This document shows, one piece after another, positions 6,835-16,700 of a stretch of 32,000 bases of DNA (position 1 is its first letter; each line of letters opens with the position of its first letter). A program made the translations under genes and the position numbers. The notes beneath the pieces are model-generated. The model did not search any database and was not told where the DNA came from. It saw nothing but the letters and a program-made list of their open reading frames with translations. Origin of the DNA: an uncultured Acidobacteriota bacterium (lineage in GTDB: Bacteria; Acidobacteriota; Terriglobia; UBA7540); contig CAWDRP010000028.1 of assembly GCA_963804755.1 (NCBI GenBank), positions 46,397-78,396 of the forward strand, in the 5' to 3' direction.

Positions 6835-8535
6835 TTAGTGCGGCTCATCCACTGCCAGAATCTGGTCGGCCTTGACGTCGCGCAGGGTTTGCAGAATCCC
6901 GCTGGGCCAGCGAATCTCAACTGCCTTCACGTTTGTTTCCGGACCCAGGCCGAAGTGCACCCGCTTATCGCTGGAAGAAAGATAACTGCCCGCCGTGGTT
7001 ACGGTGGCCATCTGCGCGCCGCGGGCGGTGACCACCTTGACTTCCGCCCCAATGGCGTCGCGATTGCTCTTGTGGCCCGTCAGCTTCAAAATCAGCCAAT
7101 GGTTTGATCTGGGCGTCTGGTTCAGTAGCACGTGGGCCGGGCCTTCGCTGGTCGAGACCACGGCATCCACGCGGCCGTCGTTATTGATGTCGCCGATCGC
7201 GAGGCCGCGGCCTGCCCACGCTTGATGGAAAACCGCCCCGGAGGCCGCCGAGACATCCACAAAACCATGGGGTGTGTTTCGAACCAGCAGCATGGGCTCG
7301 CGGTAGTGAAGATTGGGATTGACCTGATCCACGGTGTCCATCACATGGCCTTGCGACACCAGCAAGTCTTTCCGGCCGTCGTTGTCGTAATCGATAAAGT
7401 GCAGTCCCATGCCCGAATGCTGCATGGTAATGTTGCCCAGCCCGCTGGAATCCGTGGTGTACTTGAAGAACCCCTTGCCTTCATTCTCGTAGAGCGCGTA
7501 CGTCTGAAGCGCCAGGTCGGCCACCGCGAGGTCCGGCAGGCCGTCGTTATTGTAATCGGCAAAGTCCACGCCCATGCCGGCGTACGTGCGCCCGCTGTCG
7601 GTCACACCGACACCTGCCAACAGCGCCACCTCTTCAAAAGTGCCGTTGCCCTGGTTGTGGTACAGGAACCCCGGCATCGAATCATTGGCCACGTAAACAT
7701 CGATGTGCCCATCGCGGTCGTAATCGGCAATGGCAATGCCCAGACCCTTGCCCGGCTTGGAGAGTCCAATCCGCTGCGACACTTCGGTGAATGTTCCATC
7801 CCCGTTGTTGTGATAAACCAGGGGCTCGACGGGCGGGAAGCTGTCGGGCCGGCAGTAGGTCCGCAGCGTCCCGTTCACCAGGCACACGCGGTCTTCGAAA
7901 TCCCACTGCACATAGCGAAGGACCACGAGGTCAAGCAGGCCGTCGTTGTCTAGGTCCACCCAGGCCGCGCTGGTGGACCAACCGCTGCCGCCCACTCCGG
8001 CCTTTTCTGTGACATCGGTAAACGTCCCATCGCCGTTGTTGTGGTACAGCCGGTTGCCGCCATACTCGGTGACAAACAAATCTTCAAAGCCGTCGTTGTC
8101 GTAATCACCCACCGCGACGCCGTATCCGTAACCCTTCCCCTGCACCCCCGCGCGCTCGGTCACGTCTTCGAACGTGCCGTCAGGTTTCTGGTGATAGAGA
8201 CGATTCCAATACTTGGGGTCAGTCTTGCGCGGGATCGTGCCCAGCGGAGTGGGATCGGCGATGGGCGCACCGTTCACCAGGAAAATGTCCAATCGCCCGT
8301 CATTGTCGTAGTCGAACAGGGCCACGCCCGAGCCCATAATCTCCAGCATGTATTTCTTGGCGGTTTGGGAGGCGTAGTGATGGAATTGCACGCCGGCCGA
8401 GGAGGCCACATCCACAAAGTTGGCCGGCACAATTTCAGTCTGTTGCCCCGGTGATCCCAGCTCCGCCCGTGTAGCCAGAAACCAGAGGGCAAGAACCAGC
8501 ACCGAAGCACCAGTGCCGGCGCGTCGGAAGCTCAT
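6835..8535 (-). CDS. CRTAC1-family FG-GAP/VCBS repeat protein with C-terminal ASPIC/UnbV domain
   Basis: Repeated DYDNDGxxDL/FxxN motifs (FG-GAP/VCBS) occur at least 7 times. The C-terminus NRDAIGAEVKV...SYLSSSDKRVHFGLG...VEIRWPSG is UnbV/ASPIC-like. The start at ATG 8535 gives the signal peptide MSFRRAGTGASVLVLALWFLA and lies 2 nt from the upstream gene's stop. Confidence 0.85.
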   Translation of the reverse strand: MSFRRAGTGASVLVLALWFLATRAELGSPGQQTEIVPANFVDVASSAGVQFHHYASQTAKKYMLEIMGSGVALFDYDNDGRLDIFLVNGAPIADPTPLGTIPRKTDPKYWNRLYHQKPDGTFEDVTERAGVQGKGYGYGVAVGDYDNDGFEDLFVTEYGGNRLYHNNGDGTFTDVTEKAGVGGSGWSTSAAWVDLDNDGLLDLVVLRYVQWDFEDRVCLVNGTLRTYCRPDSFPPVEPLVYHNNGDGTFTEVSQRIGLSKPGKGLGIAIADYDRDGHIDVYVANDSMPGFLYHNQGNGTFEEVALLAGVGVTDSGRTYAGMGVDFADYNNDGLPDLAVADLALQTYALYENEGKGFFKYTTDSSGLGNITMQHSGMGLHFIDYDNDGRKDLLVSQGHVMDTVDQVNPNLHYREPMLLVRNTPHGFVDVSAASGAVFHQAWAGRGLAIGDINNDGRVDAVVSTSEGPAHVLLNQTPRSNHWLILKLTGHKSNRDAIGAEVKVVTARGAQMATVTTAGSYLSSSDKRVHFGLGPETNVKAVEIRWPSGILQTLRDVKADQILAVDEPH

Positions 8536-8536
8536 A

Positions 8537-10064
8537 TCACCTCGGGTCCGCCGCAGGAGTAGGATTCGTGCCCACCAGCGCCGCGTACGTATCGAGTTCG
8601 GCCTTGGCCTTCTCCATTTGCCCAGCCCTGCGATACAACTGTCCCAGCATAAAGTGCAAACGCGCCACCTTGGGAGCAAGCTCGATGGCTTTCTCGATCT
8701 CCTGCTGAGCGGCGGCAAGGTCATTCAGCGCGGAGCAGGCTTTCCCCAGCTCTTCATGCGCCTCGGCCGACGCCGGCTCCATTTGGACCGCCTGCCGAAG
8801 ATAAGGCAAAGCCTCTGCCGGCCGATTCTGTTTCAGCAGCACGCGGCCGACGCCGAGAAACGGCGCAGGATCGTCCGGCTTCGACGCCTCCCAGCCGATG
8901 GCGGTCTTGTACGCCCTCGTGGCGTCCTCCAACCGGCTCAACAACTCCGCGCACCACCCCATGCTGGTTTCGGCGGTAACGACCCGCGGGACGAGCGCGA
9001 GAGAAAGTTGATAGGCCTGGATGGCCGCTTCGAATTGTTGCTCGTTCGTCCTGACCTCTCCCAGCGCCTCCCACGCGCCGGCATCGCCCGGCTCCATTTC
9101 CAGGGAGCGAGTGAGCCACTTATCGGCGTCGCCGTAAAGGTACAACGCCAGGCAATCAAGCCCCAGCATCTTGAACTCGACCGCGCTGAGCGCGCGGTGT
9201 TGGGACGCTTCTTCGAACTCCGCCCGCGATTCCTGCCAGTGCTGTTGAACGAAGCGAATGAATCCCAGCAACGCATGGCCGTTCCCGGCATCCCCGGTGG
9301 TCTCCAGGAACCGCCGCGCCCGCGCTTCGGCCTCATCCGGCGCCAGCTCGACGGCGCGCGTAAGGTATTTCACCGCCTCCTGGGGTTTGTTCTGCTGCTG
9401 GAGGACGCGGCCGAGATTCCAATAGGGTGTGGGGTCCTGAGCCGTCTTCGACGATTGCCAGGCAATGATGTTCCGATAGGCTGCCGCAGCCTCGTCCCAG
9501 CGGCCCATGCGCTCGTAGGCGCCGCCCAAGGCGTTTTCCGCGTACACATTCTTCGCGTCCAGCTTCAAACACTCGCGAAAAACGCTCACCGACTCGCTGT
9601 ATCTCTCGCGCAGGAACTTCGCCTGCCCCAGATCATTGCAGGTCTCCAGATCGCGCGGATCCAGCGCCAGCGATCGCGAGAGCCACAGATCGGCGCTCGC
9701 ATAGTCGTTGAGCATCGCCGCGCTCAAGCCCATGATCTTCGACTCGAAAGCAGAGGGCCAGGCGTAACTTCGCGGTTTCCCCATACTCGCGCAGCGCCTC
9801 CGCCGGTTTCGATTGCTTGAACAGGATGAAGCCCAGCACGGCATGCCCATCCGCGGAGTCGGGCCGCTGCTCCAGAAAACGGTGGATGACGGGAAGCGCC
9901 TCGTCCAGTTTCCCGTCGCGCACCAGCAACTGCGCCTGAACCAGGAGCGGCTCGGAGGCCGCTGTCCGCGGGGTTCCCGAAGCCGGCGGAGCGCTGCCCT
10001 GCCCCCAAAGGCACACCGCCGCACAAAGCCAGGCGGCCGCCAAGGCAAGAACCCGAGACTTCAC
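8537..10064 (-). CDS. Secreted tetratricopeptide-repeat protein with an apparent frameshift near 9744-9755 (pseudogene or sequencing indel)
   Basis: A GTG at 10064 is preceded by GGAGGAAAC and opens MKSRVLALAAAWLCAAVCLWG (signal peptide) followed by TPR sequence. That frame (track ORF 9633..10064) dies shortly after ...REYGETAKLR. TPR sequence continues in the frame of track ORF 8537..10048 from ...PSAFESKIMGLSAAML. An internal paralogous segment (EEASQHRALSAVEFKMLGL) shows the two pieces should be contiguous. Confidence 0.65.
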
Positions 10065-10310
10065 GTTTCCTCCGTCTTATCGTCCGGATCGCCGCCGGTC
10101 ACCAACGGAAAGCGCCGGCACGACAGAGCCCAAGCCAATCCGGCAGATGAGAATACTCCGCCGAGGGCCGGGAAGTACAGGGGCTTGCCACCCGTCTGAA
10201 GATGAAGCCGCCGCAAGCTTGGTTGCACGTGGAAGAGCTGGGCGATGGTTTCGCTTCGCTTCGAGAAACACCGCGTGGCGGCAGGGTTCGGTGTAGAATA
10301 ACCGGCGAAT

Positions 10311-12371
10311 ATGCATCGGTCTGACATGAAAATTTGGCGGCGAATCTCGGGCAAAGCCATGGTGGCAGTGATCGCCCTGCTGGCATTCCTCAGCGGATGC
10401 CGCCACCATGAGCCGGAAAGAGCGGCCACGGCGCCACGCGATGCCAACATCCTGCTCATCACGCTGGACACCACCCGCGCCGACCACTTGAGCTGCTACA
10501 ATCCGGGCAAAGCCAAGACGCCAAGCCTGGACGCGCTGGCGGCGCGGGGCGCGCGGTTTCTGCATGCCACGGCGCAAGTGCCGCTCACCCTTCCCTCCCA
10601 CGCCTGCATCATGACGGGGGCGTACCCCACCGTCCACGGCCTGCGCGACATGGGCGGCTTTGTCCTGGACAAGTCTCACCCTACCATCGCGTCCTTGGCG
10701 CAGGCGGCCGGGTTCGAAACCGCAGCCTTCGTAGGGTCGCGCGCGGTAGCCCGGCACTTTGGTCTTGCCCACGGATTTGACACCTACGACGACGATATGG
10801 GGCCGCAGACAGAAGAAGGAAGACTCCCCGGGATCTTTGCCGAGCGACGGGCCGCCGTCGTGACCGACCACGCGCTCGACTGGCTGAAGCAAAACTCCGG
10901 CCGGAAGTTCTTCCTTTGGACGCACTACTACGACCCTCACCAACCCTATGATCCGCCCGAGCCTTACCGGCACGAATACGCCAAGCATCCCTACGACGGC
11001 GAGATCGCCTACATGGACGCGCAAGTGGGGCGGTTGCTGGATGGCTTGGACCATCTGGGACTAACCGGCCGCACGCTGGTCATCGCGGTGGGCGACCACG
11101 GCGAAAGCCTGGGCGAGCATGGCGAGATGACGCACGGCATCTTCCTTTACGACGCCACCCTGCACGTCCCGCTGATTGTCGCCGGCCCAGATGTCCCCCA
11201 GGGTAAGGTCATCGATGAACAGGTGCGGTCGATCGACCTCCACCCCACCGTTATGGAGTTCCTGCACCTCACGGCATCACCGGAAGCACAAGGCGTAAGT
11301 CTATGGCCCCTCATGGAGCGCGGCACGCATGTGCGATCAAATTACTCCTATGGAGAAACGATTTACCCGCGCACTTACATGGGGTGGTCCGAACTGCGTG
11401 CGATGCGCACGGACGGTTGGAAGCTCATCGTGGCCCCGCACCCGGAACTCTATGACCTGCAACGGGATCCGGGCGAACTCCAAAACCTCATTGTCCACCA
11501 GCCGGCCATTGCCGACCAACTCCAGAAACAGATCTGGACGGTGGCCGGAGCGCAGGGCAAAACGGAGAAGGTCAGCACGGTTCCCGTAGACGAGCAGACT
11601 CGCCAGGAGCTCGAGTCATTGGGATACGTCAGCGGGGGATCAGCGCGCGAAATCCAGCTCGGGTCGGATGCCCCTGATCCCAAGGACCGTATCGCGGTCT
11701 TGACCATTCTCCAGCGGGCGGACGATCTCCTGAACGCGCGTGAGAATTTGCGCGCCGCCGAAACTATGGAGGAGGCGCTCCGCCAGGACCCCGGCAACCC
11801 CATGGCGCATGTCCTGCTTGCCGCCGCCGATGAGCGTGCCGGCCGCTATGACAAGGCCCTTGCGGTCTACCAGGATGCCGTTAAGCGCCACGTTTTCACC
11901 GACATCGTTTATTCTCGATTAGGCAAGCTCTATTTGCGCCTTCATAGACTGGATGAGGCTGTGGAGGCCATGACCCGTGCCCGCCAGACAAACCCAACGG
12001 ACCTTGATAACTGGCGCAATTTGGGCACCGCGGAATTGGAGCTTGGGCACGTCGAAGAGGCGGAGAGGGCGTTCAAAGCCATTACCGTCCAGAACGACCA
12101 CTACAGCGCCGCCTATAACGGGCTGGGCCTGGTGGCCATTCAGCGTGGGGACAGCGACACCGCGCAGCATGACTTCGAAAAGGCCGCGGAACTCGATTCC
12201 ACCCAGGCGGAACCCCTCCTGAACCTCGGCGTGCTTTTTGACAAGGCAGGCGGCAAGACCCAGGCGCTGCATTACTACCAGGAGTTCCTTGCCAAGGCTT
12301 CCCCCGAGGAATACGGCGCGCTGATTCCCAAGGTGCGCGCCGCTGTCCGTGACCTGAAGAACGGGAACTGA
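10311..12371 (+). CDS. Sulfatase-fold (alkaline phosphatase superfamily) lipoprotein fused to C-terminal TPR repeats
   Basis: Lipobox LLAFLSGC. The N-terminal ILLITLDTTRADHL metal-binding motif, the signature-like PLTLPSHACIMTG, and later GDHGESLGEHGE are all sulfatase-family landmarks. The last ~230 aa are TPR-like. An alternative start exists at 10326. Confidence 0.85.
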   Translation: MHRSDMKIWRRISGKAMVAVIALLAFLSGCRHHEPERAATAPRDANILLITLDTTRADHLSCYNPGKAKTPSLDALAARGARFLHATAQVPLTLPSHACIMTGAYPTVHGLRDMGGFVLDKSHPTIASLAQAAGFETAAFVGSRAVARHFGLAHGFDTYDDDMGPQTEEGRLPGIFAERRAAVVTDHALDWLKQNSGRKFFLWTHYYDPHQPYDPPEPYRHEYAKHPYDGEIAYMDAQVGRLLDGLDHLGLTGRTLVIAVGDHGESLGEHGEMTHGIFLYDATLHVPLIVAGPDVPQGKVIDEQVRSIDLHPTVMEFLHLTASPEAQGVSLWPLMERGTHVRSNYSYGETIYPRTYMGWSELRAMRTDGWKLIVAPHPELYDLQRDPGELQNLIVHQPAIADQLQKQIWTVAGAQGKTEKVSTVPVDEQTRQELESLGYVSGGSAREIQLGSDAPDPKDRIAVLTILQRADDLLNARENLRAAETMEEALRQDPGNPMAHVLLAAADERAGRYDKALAVYQDAVKRHVFTDIVYSRLGKLYLRLHRLDEAVEAMTRARQTNPTDLDNWRNLGTAELELGHVEEAERAFKAITVQNDHYSAAYNGLGLVAIQRGDSDTAQHDFEKAAELDSTQAEPLLNLGVLFDKAGGKTQALHYYQEFLAKASPEEYGALIPKVRAAVRDLKNGN

Positions 12372-12406
12372 CGCCGGGCTGCCGACTCTCCCCCAGGGGT
12401 AAGCGG

Positions 12407-13432
12407 ATGGATCACCCATTGTGTCCGCGTTATACGTTCGACACGTTCGTCGCGAGCGGATATAACCAGTTTGCTTACGCGGCCGCGCAAGCCGTGGCGG
12501 CAAGTCCCGGGAAATCGTATAACCCGCTGTATATCTACGGCGCCGTGGGGCTGGGGAAGACGCATCTGATGCAGGCCATTGGCCACGCGATCAAGGGAAA
12601 ATGGCCGGAGATGCGCGTGGCCTATGTTTGCGCCGAGACTTTCAGCAACGAGCTCATCACCGCCCAACGCCACGATCGCCTGGATTCATTCCGCCATAGC
12701 TACCGGAGCTTGGACGTGTTGCTGATGGACAGCATCCACTTCATCCCCGGGAAGAAACCAACGGAAAACGAGTTCCTCCACATTTTCAAGCTCTTGCATC
12801 AGGAAGATAAGCAGGTGGTGGTCACCAGCGACTGCCCGCCCAAGGACCTCCCGGAGTTGGATGAGCGCCTGCGCGAATGCTTCGGCTGGGGGTTAGTCGC
12901 TGACCTGCAACCTTCTGACATTGAAACCCGGCGGGTGATCCTGGCGAAGAAATGTCAGGACCAGGGGATCGAGCTGCCCGACGATGTTAGCGAATTCATC
13001 GCGCAAAAGTTCGAGTCGAGCGTCCGTGATCTCGAAGGAGCTCTGGTGCGCGTGCACGCCTATGCTTCTCTCACCGGCGCGCCCATCACCCTCTCGATGG
13101 CGCAAAGCGTGCTCAAGAGCATGATTGACCCCATGGAGTCACGCATCTCCATCGAAGAAATCCAGCGCGCGGTCTGCCGGGAATTCGGCCTCAGCGTGCC
13201 ACAATTGAAGGCCAAGAGTGTGACCCGGCGGTTCTCTTACCCAAGGCAGATTGCGATGTACCTTGCCAAGGAGTTGACCTCCGCATCGCTGCCGCAAATT
13301 GGCAGGGAGTTCGGGGGAAAGCACCATACCACCGTGCTGCATGCGATCAACAAGATTGCAGAGCTGCGAGACTGTGACAGGGACCTGAACAGGCTGCTTA
13401 AGAAGCTAAGAGACAGTCTTGATACAGCGTAG
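12407..13432 (+). CDS. dnaA: DnaA-family protein comprising only domains III (AAA+) and IV (DNA binding), with domains I-II absent
   Basis: It begins directly at PRYTFDTFV. Walker A GAVGLGKTHL, box VII-like ERLRECFGWGL, sensor 2 SSVRDLEGAL, and domain IV YPRQIAMYLAKELTSASLPQIGREFGGKHHTTVLHA are present. The upstream gene ends at 12371, so there is no room for domains I-II. Confidence 0.85.
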   Translation: MDHPLCPRYTFDTFVASGYNQFAYAAAQAVAASPGKSYNPLYIYGAVGLGKTHLMQAIGHAIKGKWPEMRVAYVCAETFSNELITAQRHDRLDSFRHSYRSLDVLLMDSIHFIPGKKPTENEFLHIFKLLHQEDKQVVVTSDCPPKDLPELDERLRECFGWGLVADLQPSDIETRRVILAKKCQDQGIELPDDVSEFIAQKFESSVRDLEGALVRVHAYASLTGAPITLSMAQSVLKSMIDPMESRISIEEIQRAVCREFGLSVPQLKAKSVTRRFSYPRQIAMYLAKELTSASLPQIGREFGGKHHTTVLHAINKIAELRDCDRDLNRLLKKLRDSLDTA

Positions 13433-13714
13433 GCGAGATGTGTCGACCTCAGCATCGGCTTAGGAGATGGCGAGGAGCGAGCCAGGACCTCACGCTCCTT
13501 TTCGAGCCGCTGTGGCACGGATTGTTGGTCATCAGTAGGGGAAAACGCTACCGCGTGTGATTCTGAGAAGCCGCAGGGGACGAATAAGACCGCACTGCCA
13601 TGAAAATGTTTAGAGCGAGATCCTTCGCTGCGCTAAGGACCACAGCACCTAAGAGTTTTTTCACATCCTGTTTTAGCCTTGCATTCGCGGCTTGGTCGAT
13701 GGGGTCCTTCCCTC

Positions 13715-16700
13715 TCAATCCGATATGGGGGCCGCGGCGTTGCGCCACGGTGGGAATCCATCGGGGTCTGGCAGGCCGCTGACGCCGCTGAGCGCCTCCG
13801 CCAGCGCTTTCAGAAACTGGTAGTTCGCTTCGCCCAATCGCGAGCGCAGGTGATCAAGCATCGGTTGGACAGTCCAATCCAAGTGCGCATCAGGCGCGCG
13901 CAGGGCAGCTTTGATCTGTCCGACTATGGTGGTGGTGTCCGCCGCGTCCAACACGGTGAACACACACTGGTAGTACAAGATGCGCGGCATGGCATACGCT
14001 GGTGCTTCCTCACGAGCGGCCCAGGCCTGGTTAATCTCCTGCCGGGCCTCCGCCTCTCGATCCGTCATGAGCAGAAGTCGGGCAAGGTGGCAATGCGTGT
14101 CTGGCACTTCGAATCTCTCTTGCAGTAACCCTCGAAGCAACCCCTCAGCGCCAGAGTAGTCTCCACTGAGAATTCGATCCACGGCGTCCTGCCTACGCCT
14201 CCAGGGTTTTTGTTCTTCGTCAGCGTTCTTAAGCTCACGATTCAAGGCCTTTAACTTGCTCCTGAGCATATCCAAGATCAGACCGTCCCGGTTGCTCTGG
14301 GCAAAAGGAATAAGTTGCTCAATGATCTGTCGTGCTGCGACCAGTGCTTGTACATCCAGCAATAAGCAAGTCTTAGCAACATCTCGTCGGATATCAATTC
14401 CTTCGCCCCGCTTTCCGCCTCGTTCGAGTACGGCTGCGAGGCCGAGTCTTCCCAAAAGCGTGTTCAGACGGGATGGGCCCCAGCACTGAAGACACGCGGA
14501 GATCTCCTGCCGCAGTTGTGCCTCCGAATCCTGTAGCACGGGTTCCACGGGTTCAGCATAACTCCAGGTCAGTCCGTTAACATCGAATTGGAGCACTTCG
14601 CCGATCGAGGTGCCAACGGTCATTCGACCGGACACCGGGGAGATCGCGACAGCCGTAACCGGTACCGGCAGGTACGCAATGGTCAGGCACTCACCCGTCT
14701 CTATATTCCACACCCCAAACGCCTTGCCGGAGCACCTTGAGACGACACGCCGGCTGTCCGGCGTTACGCTCACGCTATCGCCAAACCCTTCCAGCACACG
14801 CAGGCACTCACCCTTCTCCAGGTCCCATACCCGCACCGTATTGTCCCAACTGGCGGAGACTGCGCGCTGGCCATCCGGCATTACGCTCACGCTGCTGACG
14901 CCCATCGTGTGCCCCTCCAGCACGCGCAGGCACCTCCCAGTCTCCAGGTCCCATACCCGCAGCGTTTCGTCCCAACTCCCCGACACCGCGCGCCGACCAT
15001 CCGGTGTCACACTCACGCACATAACCATGCCGTCGTGTCCCTCCAGCACCCGCAGGCAGGCCCCCGTTTGCAGATCCCATACTCGCAACGTATCGTCACG
15101 ACTCGCCGACACCGCGCGCCCGCCGTCCGGCGTCACGCTCACGCTACTGACGCCATCCGTGTGCCCCTCCAGCACGCGCAGGCACTCCCCAGTCTCCAGG
15201 TCCCACATTCGCAGCGTATCGTCCCAACTCCCCGACACCGCGCGCCGGCCGTCCGGCGTCACGCTCACGTTGCTGACGCCACTCGTGTGCCCCTTCAGCA
15301 CGCGCAGGCACTCTCCAGTCTCCGGTTTCCACACCCGCAACGTCTTGTCCCAACTCCCCGAGACCGCGCGCTGCCCATCCCGCGTCAGACCCAAGTCCAA
15401 GATGCCCCTCGTGTGCCCCTCCAGCGCCCGCCGGTCCGATCTCTTCTCCAGCTCCCACACCCGCAACGAGCCATCGAAACACCCCGAAACTGCGTTCCGA
15501 CCATCTGGCGTCACGCTCACGCCTTTTACATCAAACGTGTGTCCTTCCAGCACGCGCAGGCACTCCCCAGTCTCCAGGTCCCAGACCCGCATCGTTTCGT
15601 CCATACTCGCGGAGATCGCATGCAGGCCATCCGGTGTCACGCTCACGCATTCGACATCATTCGTGTGCCCCTCCAGCACCCGCAAGCACACCCCAGTCTC
15701 CAGGTTCCACACCCGCAAAGTCTTGTCTTCACTCGCAGAAACCGCCCGCTGGCCATCCGACGACACGCTCACACCACGAACCGCTTTGGCGTGCCCGTTC
15801 AGTACTCGCAGACACGCCCCAGTCTCTAAATCCCACACCCGCAACGTAGGCTCATAATTACCCACCGACACCGCGCGTCGGCCATCCGGCGTTATGCTTA
15901 CGCTCATGACTTCATTCTCGTACCCCTCCAGCACACGCAGGCACGCCCCTGTCTCGATGTCCCACACCCGCAACGTAAAGTCAGGACTTGCCTCGGTCCA
16001 TGGGTCGCCACTCCCCGACACTGCGCGTCGGCTGTCCGGAGTTACGCTCACGCAATTGATCCCTTCACTGTGCCCCTCCAGCTCACGCAGGCACACCCCC
16101 GCCTCAATGTCCCATAACAGCAACGTCTGGTCACAGCTCGCCGAAACTGCACGCCGGCCATCCGGTGTTATGTTCACGGAAGTGATCCAATGCGAGTGTC
16201 CCGCCAGCACGTGGAGGCACGCTCCCGTCTCCAGGTCCCACACCCGCAACGTCTTGTCCCAACTCCCCGAGACCGCGCGCCGACAGTCCGCAGACACGCC
16301 CACACACGTGACACATTCCGTGTGCCTTTCCATCGTTCTCATTAACGCGGGTCTCGGGTTGTATGGGTCACTGGGAAACCAACGCCGCGCGAGCAGCGGC
16401 ACATTCACGGCGGGCAAAACCCGGGTAGCCATCTCCTTCACGGGTCCACGAGGCGCATGGTTATAGGCTTGCTGCATTACGAATCCCAACCGAGTACCGA
16501 ACTGCTGCAGCGCGTATGTTTCCTGCTGAACGAAGCTTTGAAACTCCTGCATCCGATCCAGACGTGTAGGATTTGCCCGAATACGCTCGGCCTCCTGCTC
16601 GATGCGCTCTTCGCTCCAGGGCCACACCGAGCGCACGGGTTCCGGCGACACCGGCTCTGGTTCCGTGAGGGTTTCCCCGCGTGCCAGGCGGTCACGGCGG

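Noticed and set aside
8420-9820. 466-aa plus-strand ORF, and similar long ORFs at 142-1044(-), 7132-7953(+), 10077-11054(-), 16457-17425(+), 17510-18274(+), 22061-23242(+), 23832-24674(-), 28664-29359(-) and 29609-30145(-)
   Set aside because: These are Arg/Pro/Gly-rich translations with no recognisable motifs. Each lies antisense to a gene with strong family signatures, which is the typical open antisense frame of GC-rich DNA.
12372-13714. Possible oriC or DnaA-box cluster next to the dnaA-like gene
   Set aside because: I saw no TTATCCACA/TGTGGATAA-type boxes or AT-rich unwinding element in the flanking intergenic regions (12372-12406, 13433-13714), and no dnaN. Not supported by eye; a motif scan would be needed to be sure.
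14610-15857. Long plus-strand ORFs (415 aa and 306 aa) with repetitive SSTRRHSPVSRSHTR-type sequence
   Set aside because: They are antisense shadows of the WD40 repeat array. Their periodic low-complexity Arg/Ser/Pro sequence mirrors the 126-bp repeats, and the minus-strand frame gives perfect WD40 units.
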